From an uncultured Actinomycetes bacterium (GTDB lineage Bacteria; Actinomycetota; Thermoleophilia; Solirubrobacterales; Solirubrobacteraceae), in contig CAWCNV010000011.1 of assembly GCA_963797015.1 (NCBI GenBank), forward strand, positions 4,505 through 68,504: a DNA stretch of 64,000 bases. The letters run 5' to 3'. Positions 40,364-47,073 of this stretch are shown here, piece after piece. The stretch's first letter is position 1, and every line of letters starts with the position of its first letter. The translations under genes and the position numbers were made by a program. The notes under the pieces were generated by a model. It searched no databases. It was not told the origin of the DNA and saw nothing but the letters and a program-made list of their open reading frames with translations.

Positions 40364-40732
40364 GCCGGCCGACGTGACGCACCGATCTACGCGCCCCTGC
40401 GAGCGCACCTTGCCGAGCACCGGCTGCGCTGTGTCGGCGACGGGCGCGTGTTCGGCCGCACCGACGGCACGCCGTTCCTGCCGAGCACCGCGAACGAACG
40501 CGCCGAGCGCGCGTGGGAGGCGGCCAAGCTCGAGCCTGTCGGGCTCCACGAGGCCCGGCACCGCGCGGCTTCGTTCATGATCGCGGCCGGGGTCAACATC
40601 AAGGCCGTGTCCACGTTCATGGGGCAATCCACGATCACGATCACCCTCGATCGCTACGGCCACCTGCTGCCGGGCTCAGAGGCCGAGGCGGCCACGCTGA
40701 TGGACGCCTACCTAGCGAGCGCGTGCCCATAG
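40364..40732 (+). pseudogene. tyrosine recombinase/integrase, C-terminal catalytic fragment only
   Basis: Reads ...RRDAPIYAPLRAHLAEHRL...GLHEARHRAASFMIAAGVNIKAVSTFMGQSTITITLDRYGHLL. This contains the HxxR box and the catalytic Tyr context (RYGH). The N-terminal 200 aa or more, with the first catalytic Arg, are absent. Ends 48 nt before the distal att repeat. Confidence 0.75.
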
Positions 40733-40780
40733 CCGTGCCCACGCCGAAGAAAGCGCCTGCTAATCGCCGCTTTTGTGCGT

Positions 40781-40839
40781 GTCTCGAAAACCGTTAGGGG
40801 CGGTTTCGTCCCTCGAGGGTTCGAATCCCTCCCCCTCCG
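40781..40839 (+). repeat. attR-like copy of the tRNA-Ser 3' 59 nt (no 5' half, so not a functional tRNA)
   Basis: Exact copy of 37982..38040. The upstream sequence does not complete a cloverleaf. Confidence 0.9.
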
Positions 40840-40942
40840 CTAGCAGAACCAGATTCCGCGTGGGAAGCGGGATTCGGGCGGTAATCGCGCTACTCGCCGT
40901 CGCGTCAGTGAGCGTCGCTCGCGGTCAACGCAGCGGCCGTCA

Positions 40943-40973
40943 GGTACCCATCCCGTACCCATGGCCGTACCCA
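40943..40973 (+). repeat. three direct (C/G)GTACCCA repeats with 11-12-bp phasing
   Basis: GGTACCCA at 40943..40950, CCGTACCCA at 40953..40961 and 40965..40973. The block 40951..40979 is 26/29 identical to 38141..38169. Confidence 0.6.
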
Positions 40974-41466
40974 CCGCGCTCCGCGCTCGTGACCGCCTGG
41001 CCCACGGATCCCGGGTACGACCCCGTGGACGCCGACGCGAGGCTCGCACCCCGACCGAGGCCTACGTCGAGAGGGAGCCTCGGTCCGGGACCGGGCGTTT
41101 CAGAACCCCGGCACGGGCCATCCCGTGTAGCCGAGATGCCCCGAAAACGCCGCCGCGACGCGCCGCGCACGGGGGGGCGGGAGTCGAGTCGAGAACGCCT
41201 CGCCGACCCGTCAGCCGAACCGTCCCGGGCGAGACAGAGCACCAAACCAGTGGGGAACAAAGGCGGTGAGATGACGGTCAGTTCGACGAGAGGAGTCCAA
41301 GCGATCACGGAGTTCATGTGGACCGATCCTGTGACGGCCGACGCCGGCGGTCCGGGATGTGGTCCGCTTGACACCGGACGTGCGTCCCATGAGAGTCGCC
41401 GGCACTGCAACGACGAGGGCCGGCGTGCGGGCCGGCGAGGGGTGCGCCGACGATTGCTGCGGCGCC

Positions 41467-42311
41467 TCAGAGAGTCGCTAGCGGCACGCCGATGATGTCG
41501 AGCCGGCGGGCCAGGCCGTCGAGTGCGAAGGAGCGGATGTCGTCTGCGTTCGCGCCGAGGGCGTCCCGGTCGGTTTCCTCGCCGCCGTCCGGCGGCTTCA
41601 GCGCCTCGGCGACCGAGGGCAGAAGATCGCGCAGCGTCTGGCGCACTACGTCCGCCGCCTCGGGGCGGTCGCGGACGGTCTCGCGGAGGAACCAGACGCC
41701 GTAGCCGATGTGCCGGGTCTCGTCGTGGTGGATGCGCGAGTAACCGTCGACGAAGCCGGGCAGGAGCCGCTCTCGCTCCAGGTAGGCGGTGACGAAGCGG
41801 AAGGAGGTCAGCCCCAGCGTGCCTCGAGGATGAGGTGGTAGATGGTGATGAACCGGACCTTGGCGGCCAGATCGGTCGGGTGCATGAGCAGGCGCTCGTG
41901 CGCCTCGACAAGCGCCTCGTCGAAGATCCGGCGGAAGGCGGGGGAGAGCTGCTCGCGCGCCCGCGCCACATGCCCCGCGATCGCGGCGGGCTCGTCAACG
42001 ACCTCGTCCTGGAAACGGGCGTAGAACTGCATGTGGCGCGCCTCGTCGACCTGCTGCGTGGCGAGGAACGTCGCCTCCTCCTCGGTCGCGTAAGCACCCA
42101 CCAGGCCCGAGAACTTGGTCGTGATGCGCTCCTCGGCGACCATCAGCGAGGACAGGACCCAGTACACGAGAGCCTTGTCCTCGCCGGTCATGTTGCCCCA
42201 CTGGCGCTGGTCGGTCGAGGGAGATGTCGAAGGGCTCCACTGCGAGTCCTCCCAGCGGCGGTAGAGGGTCTGGGGATCGTTGAGCTGGATGTCGGCGGTC
42301 AGCTCAGCCAT
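41467..42311 (-). pseudogene. R2-like ferritin-fold di-iron protein (RNR-R2 / R2-like ligand-binding oxidase family), frameshifted
   Basis: The N-part MAELTADIQLNDPQ...VDEARHMQFY...FITIYHLILE stops at 41808. The continuation GTLGLTSFRFVTAYLERERLLPGFVDGYSRIHHDETRHIGYGVWF...IIGVPLATL* is in another frame, down to 41467. There are two ExxH motifs. 845 nt plus 1 makes 282 codons. The shift is at CC 41822..41823. Confidence 0.7.
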
Positions 42312-42652
42312 GACGCGAACTCGTCCAACGCGTCGGGCCGGACGTAGTAGTAGGCCCACAGGCCGCGGCGCTCGGAGTCCACTATCCCGGCGTCGCGAAG
42401 CTTCTTGAGGTGGTGCGACAGGGTGGGCTGGCTGATGTCGAACAGCGGCACGAGCTCGCAGACGCACACTTTCCCCGCGTGCCTGCGGAGAACGTCGACG
42501 AGCTGCAGGCGGACGGGGTCCCCGAGCGCCTTGGCGACGGTCGCCATGCGGTCGGCCTGCCGCCGCTCCACGTCTGGATAGACAACCGGCTCGCAGCACC
42601 GCTCGCCCGGCGCGCGCTTCTGCTTGGGCGACAGCTCCAGATCGATCGCCAT
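42299..42652 (-). CDS. arsR: ArsR/SmtB-family metalloregulator
   Basis: Contains LGDPVRLQLVDVL, the Cys pair in KVCVCELV (ELCVCDL-like metalloid site), and the HTH ISQPTLSHHLKKLRDAG. ATG at 42652; longer TTG/ATG starts are possible. The 3' end overlaps the R2-like start by 13 nt. Confidence 0.85.
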   Translation of the reverse strand: MAIDLELSPKQKRAPGERCCEPVVYPDVERRQADRMATVAKALGDPVRLQLVDVLRRHAGKVCVCELVPLFDISQPTLSHHLKKLRDAGIVDSERRGLWAYYYVRPDALDEFASWLS

Positions 42653-42706
42653 CGATATACACATACCGATTGAGTCGATGACTGTCAATCTTTAGGCTGG
42701 TCGCCC
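42653..42706. promoter_or_regulatory. divergent arsR / aquaporin promoter-operator region
   Basis: 54-bp interval that is A/T-richer than its surroundings (CGATATACACATACCGATTGAGTCGATGACTGTCAATCTTTAGG). It contains the inverted hexamers CATCGA...TCGATG. No experimental support. Confidence 0.4.
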
Positions 42707-43525
42707 ATGGACACCTCGCTGAGCCTCTGGCGGCGCGCCGCCGCAGAGGCGCTCGCAGCATTCGCCCTCGTCTTCGCAGGATGTGGAGCGATCGTCACCG
42801 ACGCGCGCTACGACGGCACGCTGGGAACGGTAGGCGTCGCGCTCGTCTTCGGCCTGATCATCATGGTCATGGTCTACGCCACCGGCCACCTATCGGGCGC
42901 CCACATCAACCCCGCGGTCACGATCGCGTTCACCCTCACCCGCCACTTCCCGGCACGCGAGGCGCTCGCCTACATCGCCGCGCAACTGGTCGGCGCTACC
43001 GCCGGCGCCCTCGCACTGCTCGCCGTCTGGACCGACAAACCGGCAGACCTGGGAGCAACCACCCCAAGCGTCGGTGTCGGCAGCGCATTCGTCTACGAGC
43101 TGCTGCTGACGGCCTTCCTGATGTTCGTGATCATCGCCGTCGCCACAGACACCCGCGCGGTCGGCGCCGCCGCTGCGATCGCGATCGGCGGAACGGTCGG
43201 CCTCGACGCCCTGTTCGGCGGCCCAGTCACCGGTGCGTCGATGAATCCCGCGAGGTCCTTCGGCCCGGCCCTGGCGTCCGGCCAGTGGCGCGACTTCTGG
43301 GTCTACGTCATCGGCCCGGTCGCGGGAGCCTGCCTCGGAGCAGGCGCGTACCAGCTTGTCCGCGGACCCGGGGCTCCCGTTCGACCCCCGACGAGCGCTC
43401 CTCGAGATGTCCGCTCACCGGCGGCACGCGCCGACTCGGCGAGGGACACCCCGTCCGGGCGCGTCAACCTCGAGGGCGTAGCCGCCAAGGAAGAGGTCGG
43501 GATCGACGTCTCCAACCGAAGCTAA
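42707..43525 (+). CDS. MIP-family aquaporin/aquaglyceroporin (arsenite-channel-like), reading into a truncated ArsC module
   Basis: Two NPA boxes (HINPAVT, SMNPARS) and six hydrophobic segments. After ...AYQLVRG the frame continues into ArsC-like ...SGRVNLEGVAAKEEVGIDVS, then stops at 43523. Confidence 0.85.
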   Translation: MDTSLSLWRRAAAEALAAFALVFAGCGAIVTDARYDGTLGTVGVALVFGLIIMVMVYATGHLSGAHINPAVTIAFTLTRHFPAREALAYIAAQLVGATAGALALLAVWTDKPADLGATTPSVGVGSAFVYELLLTAFLMFVIIAVATDTRAVGAAAAIAIGGTVGLDALFGGPVTGASMNPARSFGPALASGQWRDFWVYVIGPVAGACLGAGAYQLVRGPGAPVRPPTSAPRDVRSPAARADSARDTPSGRVNLEGVAAKEEVGIDVSNRS

Positions 43526-43721
43526 CGAAGCTCCGCGCGCCGCCGAGCAGGCCGACGTCGTCGTGACCATGGGCTGCGGCGACGCCTGCCCCTACGTCCC
43601 CGGCAAGCGCTACATCGACTGGGAGCTGCCCGACCCCAAGGGCCGCCCGCTCGACGAGGTCCGGGAGATACGCGACGAGATCTCGCGCCGGGTGGAGGCG
43701 CTGGCGCGCGAGTTAGGCTGA
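43500..43721 (+). pseudogene. arsC: C-terminal part of an LMW-PTP-type arsenate reductase (ArsC) module, out of frame with the aquaporin
   Basis: The alternate frame reads ...PTEANEAPRAAEQADVVVTMGCGDACPYVPGKRYIDWELPDPKGRPLDEVREIRDEISRRVEALARELG*. The frame change is near 43511..43516. 1015 nt (42707..43721) minus 1 makes 338 codons. Confidence 0.7.
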
Positions 43722-44918
43722 TCGAACGGTCCGGCGTGCCGGACCGAGCGAGCGCTCGATGAGCTCGGCCGCGGCGAGGGCCGTCTCGTCGCCGTGCGGG
43801 GGGCCGACGACCTGGATGCCGGCGACCGCGACGGCTGGGAGCCCGAGCAGCGAGATCGCGCGCGCGGGCCAGAGCGTCTCGGGATCCACAGCGCGGCCGG
43901 CGGGTGGCGGGATCTCGCAGTCGGCGATCGGAAGGATCAGCACCGCGTCGGGAGCGAGGTCGGCCAGCGCCGCTTCGGCGAGCCGAGCTCGCTGTTGCGC
44001 GAGCATCTCGCGCCGGGCGGCGTCCGCGTTCACGGGCGCCGCTGCGATGAGCTGCTGCAACGCCGGGCCGAGCCTGCTCGCGACGGGGCGCAGGTCGTCG
44101 TAGGTGTCGAGCGCCCGCAGGCCGGAGAAGGTGCTCGCGGCCTCGCGCAGCCACGGCATGCGGGCGACGAGCACCTCCAGGCCGGTGGCACGGAGCGCGT
44201 CGGCGGCAAGGCGGACGGCGGGAGTCGAGGGTCCGCCCGCCAGCGCAACGGCACGCGACGGTGAACTGGCGGGCCGCGAATCGGCGGCGAGCACCTGGAA
44301 CGCGGCGCTGATGTCGTGGACGGTTCGCCCGAGCGGCCCGATCAGCGAGAACTCTGCGCGCGGCGAGTCGGGGTCGGGCGCAGGCACCTGGCCGGCGCTG
44401 GGTATGCGCCCCGGCGTCGGGCGCAGTCCGGCGACGCCGCAGCACGCAGCCGGGAAGCGGATCGAGCCGCCGTAGTCCGTCCCGAGGCTGAGCGGCACGA
44501 GCCCGGCGGCGATCGCGGCGGCGCAGCCGCCGCTCGAGCCGCCCGGAGAGCGGCCCTCGTGTAGCGGGTTGCGGGTTTCGCCGAACAGCGGGTTGCCGGT
44601 CCAGGCCGAGAGCGCGAGCTCGGAGCAGTTGGTCTTGCCGACCACGATCGCGCCCGCGTCGCGCAGGCGCGCGACGGCCGGCGCGTCGCGCTGGGGAACG
44701 TGGTCGCCGAGCGCTCGGCTGGCCGCCGTCGTCCGCAACCCCGCGGTGGCGATCACGTCCTTGACAGTGAACGGCCCGGCGGCCAAAGCTCCCGGGGATC
44801 GCACTCGGTCGAGCTCCTCTGCTTCCTTCAGACCGTGCCGCGAGACCGTCACCACGGCACCGGACCGGTCCGCGTCGATCCGTGCGAGCGCCTGTGCGAC
44901 CCCGGATCGCGCGCTCAC
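43713..44918 (-). CDS. amidase (amidase-signature family)
   Basis: 401 aa from GTG at 44918 (GTGA overlap with the upstream stop). Contains VGKTNCSE (catalytic Lys context) and GGSSGGCAAAIAAG. Confidence 0.88.
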   Translation of the reverse strand: MSARSGVAQALARIDADRSGAVVTVSRHGLKEAEELDRVRSPGALAAGPFTVKDVIATAGLRTTAASRALGDHVPQRDAPAVARLRDAGAIVVGKTNCSELALSAWTGNPLFGETRNPLHEGRSPGGSSGGCAAAIAAGLVPLSLGTDYGGSIRFPAACCGVAGLRPTPGRIPSAGQVPAPDPDSPRAEFSLIGPLGRTVHDISAAFQVLAADSRPASSPSRAVALAGGPSTPAVRLAADALRATGLEVLVARMPWLREAASTFSGLRALDTYDDLRPVASRLGPALQQLIAAAPVNADAARREMLAQQRARLAEAALADLAPDAVLILPIADCEIPPPAGRAVDPETLWPARAISLLGLPAVAVAGIQVVGPPHGDETALAAAELIERSLGPARRTVRSA

Positions 44919-45475
44919 GGCCGCCGTGTCGCACGTCGCTCGGCCTCGGTCTGGATCTCGTCGAGGGACTGGGCGACGGTGCGCTCCCAGGGCTCGGCGA
45001 CGCGGTCGGCCCACCACTGCCCCAGCTGCCAGAGGTCGGTTCCCATTTCGCCCGAGTAGACGAAGGCGGTCCCTTCGGGCGCCTCGCGCAGCTCATACGT
45101 CTCGGCTACGTGAGGCACCGGGCCGCGCACGAGACGGAAATCGATGCGATGCGGACGCTCGAAGCGGACCGTCTCAAGCGTGCTCGTCGTGAAGCGCCCG
45201 GCTTTGGTCAGGTGCTCGGCGAGGACCATGTCGCTGCTGCGCTCCCAGACCCGGAGCTTGTCGGTCATCGCACGGGGGGTGCGGTCGAGGTATGGAGCGG
45301 CGATGACGTCGAAGACGACGTCCGGCGGTGCAGCGATCGTGCGCGCGATCGGTCCCAACGGCCGCACGCGGCGCCCAACGCCAAGATCCAAAGTGAGCGC
45401 ACCGCGGACGACCAGTACGTAGGCGGCGCCGGCGGCCGCGAGGCGAGCTGCGAGCGAGACGCGGCGCACCGCCAC
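44915..45475 (-). CDS. SRPBCC/START-like (polyketide cyclase-dehydrase fold) protein with N-terminal hydrophobic segment
   Basis: 186 aa, GTG start. The pattern IAAPPDVVFDVIAAPYL...ETVRFERPHRIDFRLVRGPV...YELREAPEGTAFVYSGE fits SRPBCC proteins. Assignment is by eye only. Confidence 0.5.
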   Translation of the reverse strand: MAVRRVSLAARLAAAGAAYVLVVRGALTLDLGVGRRVRPLGPIARTIAAPPDVVFDVIAAPYLDRTPRAMTDKLRVWERSSDMVLAEHLTKAGRFTTSTLETVRFERPHRIDFRLVRGPVPHVAETYELREAPEGTAFVYSGEMGTDLWQLGQWWADRVAEPWERTVAQSLDEIQTEAERRATRRP

Positions 45476-45545
45476 AGCGTAAGCGCGAACGGCCCCGGTC
45501 GAGGACGGGGCCGCGGGCGCGGCCTGACCCGCGCCTTGCCGGGCG

Positions 45546-45923
45546 TCAGCCCGTCGCGGAGGCGAGCTGAGCCTTCATCGCGTCAGCCAGGGCATGCGCA
45601 GCGGTGAGCGGCCGGACCATGACCGTGAGCTCGGCGATCGAGCCGTCGTCGTCCAGGTGCAGGAAGTCGCACCCCTCGAGCTCCCGATCGCCGACGCGGG
45701 CGTGGAACACGAGCGCGTGGTCGGCGGCGTCCGGCGCGCCGATCTCGCGCACGTAGCGGAAGTCCTCGAAGACTCGCGAGACCGCGTGCAGGATGAACCC
45801 GACAGCGTCGCGGCCCTGATACGGCTTGAAGACGACCGGGCTGCGGAAGACGACGTCCTCCGAGAGCAGTCCGACCGCTGCGTCCATGTCCCCTGCTTCG
45901 ATCGCGGCGCGAAACGGGTGCAC
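45546..45923 (-). CDS. NTF2-fold / SnoaL-like family protein
   Basis: 125 aa from GTG at 45923, with AGGAGG 8 nt upstream. Reads HPFRAAIEAGDMDAAVGLLSEDVVFRSPVVFKPYQGRDAV.... Confidence 0.7.
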   Translation of the reverse strand: MHPFRAAIEAGDMDAAVGLLSEDVVFRSPVVFKPYQGRDAVGFILHAVSRVFEDFRYVREIGAPDAADHALVFHARVGDRELEGCDFLHLDDDGSIAELTVMVRPLTAAHALADAMKAQLASATG

Positions 45924-45981
45924 GACTCGACCTCCTGATCCTCGACAAGCCGAATGGGGTGTGGATGAGCCTAGAGGACGC

Positions 45982-47073
45982 TCAGGGTGACGCCGCGGGA
46001 ACCGGCACGATCCGCTTCGAGCGCCCCGCCCGCGCCACCGTCCGCCGCCACGAGGTCCGCAGCGTGCTCCTCGAGGCGAGACCGCGGGTGGCCGCGTCGC
46101 CGACCGGTAGGACGGCGTAGTCGGAGCGGCGGACCCAGGTCGGCACGTAGCGCACGCGCTCCACGCGCGCGCGGCCGGCTTCGGGCACGACGAGGTCGAG
46201 CAGCGCGATGAGGCCATCCTGGGCGGCGGCCGGGCAGCACGCCGAGGACTGGTTCGAGAGCAGGTTGCCCTCGCCGAAGACGACCGGGGTGTCGCCGATG
46301 AAGCGGATCGGCTGGACGACGTGCACGTGCTGGCCGACGATCGCGGTGATGTCGGGCGAGGCGGCGAGCCGGCGGGCGAGCCGGCGCTGGAATGCGCTCG
46401 GCGCCGATTGGAACTCCTCGCCCCAGTGGAGGTTGACGATCACCACGTCGGCGCCGCGGCGCCGGGCGAGGCGCGCGTCGGCGCGGATGCGGGCCGCCCT
46501 CGCGAGGTTGACCGACCACGGGCGCGGGAGCGGGATCCCGTTCGTCATCTCGGTGTAGGAGAGGAACGCGATCCGCAGCCCCTTCGCCTCCAGAAACGTC
46601 GTGGTCGCGCGCTGGCGGGCGGTGAGGAAGGACCCCGTGTACTTCACCCCGGCGCGGGCCAGCGCCCGCCGGGTGCCGGCGATCCCCGCGATGCCGCGGT
46701 CGAGCGAGTGGTTGGAAGCCGTCGAGCAGGCGTCCCAGCCGGTTGCAGCGATCGCCTTGGCGAGCGAGGGCGGGGTGTTGAACAGCGGGTAGCTCGCTGG
46801 CCGAGCCGAGGTCATCGGCGTCTCGACGTGGCACAGCGCGAGGTCGGCCTGCTCGATCCAGGGCCGCACGTAGCGCAGGAACGGGCGGAACTCGTAGCGC
46901 CGCCCGCCGCCCAGCCGCTTCGCGCGCTGGTAGAGCGGTGAGTGGATGAGGAGGTCGCCGCTCGCCGCGACGGTCAGCCTCGTCGTCGCCGCCGGCGCGC
47001 CCGCCGGGAGCAGCAGCGCGGCGAGGAGCACCCCGGCGAGCGCCCCAGCGCCCGTACGCGATCGCGAAGTCAG
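45982..47073 (-). CDS. CapA-family (PGA_cap metallophosphatase-like) secreted protein
   Basis: Contains TVAASGDLLIHSP, ADLALCHVETP, STASNHSLD, VVIVNLHWGEE, IVGQHVHVVQP. A signal peptide precedes these. The only start giving a charged n-region is CTG 47073..47071 (CTGA overlap), so the start is uncertain. Confidence 0.75.
   Translation of the reverse strand: MTSRSRTGAGALAGVLLAALLLPAGAPAATTRLTVAASGDLLIHSPLYQRAKRLGGGRRYEFRPFLRYVRPWIEQADLALCHVETPMTSARPASYPLFNTPPSLAKAIAATGWDACSTASNHSLDRGIAGIAGTRRALARAGVKYTGSFLTARQRATTTFLEAKGLRIAFLSYTEMTNGIPLPRPWSVNLARAARIRADARLARRRGADVVIVNLHWGEEFQSAPSAFQRRLARRLAASPDITAIVGQHVHVVQPIRFIGDTPVVFGEGNLLSNQSSACCPAAAQDGLIALLDLVVPEAGRARVERVRYVPTWVRRSDYAVLPVGDAATRGLASRSTLRTSWRRTVARAGRSKRIVPVPAASP

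Larger units (their letters stand above)
38041..40780. mobile_element. decayed tRNA-Ser-integrated element (about 2.74 kb remnant)
   Basis: Bounded by exact 59-nt direct repeats of the tRNA 3' half. Contains a tyrosine-recombinase C-terminal fragment, gene fragments, orphan ORFs, and visibly more A/T-containing stretches than the flanks. Confidence 0.75.

Noticed and set aside
40773-42097. Track ORFs 40773..41495 (+), 40961..41269 (+) and 40940..42097 (-) as possible island genes
   Set aside because: Their composition is low-complexity Arg/Pro/Ser-rich and their codon third positions are not G/C-biased. One simply spans the attR repeat. I treat 40840..41466 as non-coding (att-proximal arm) plus the 3' part of the frameshifted R2-like gene.
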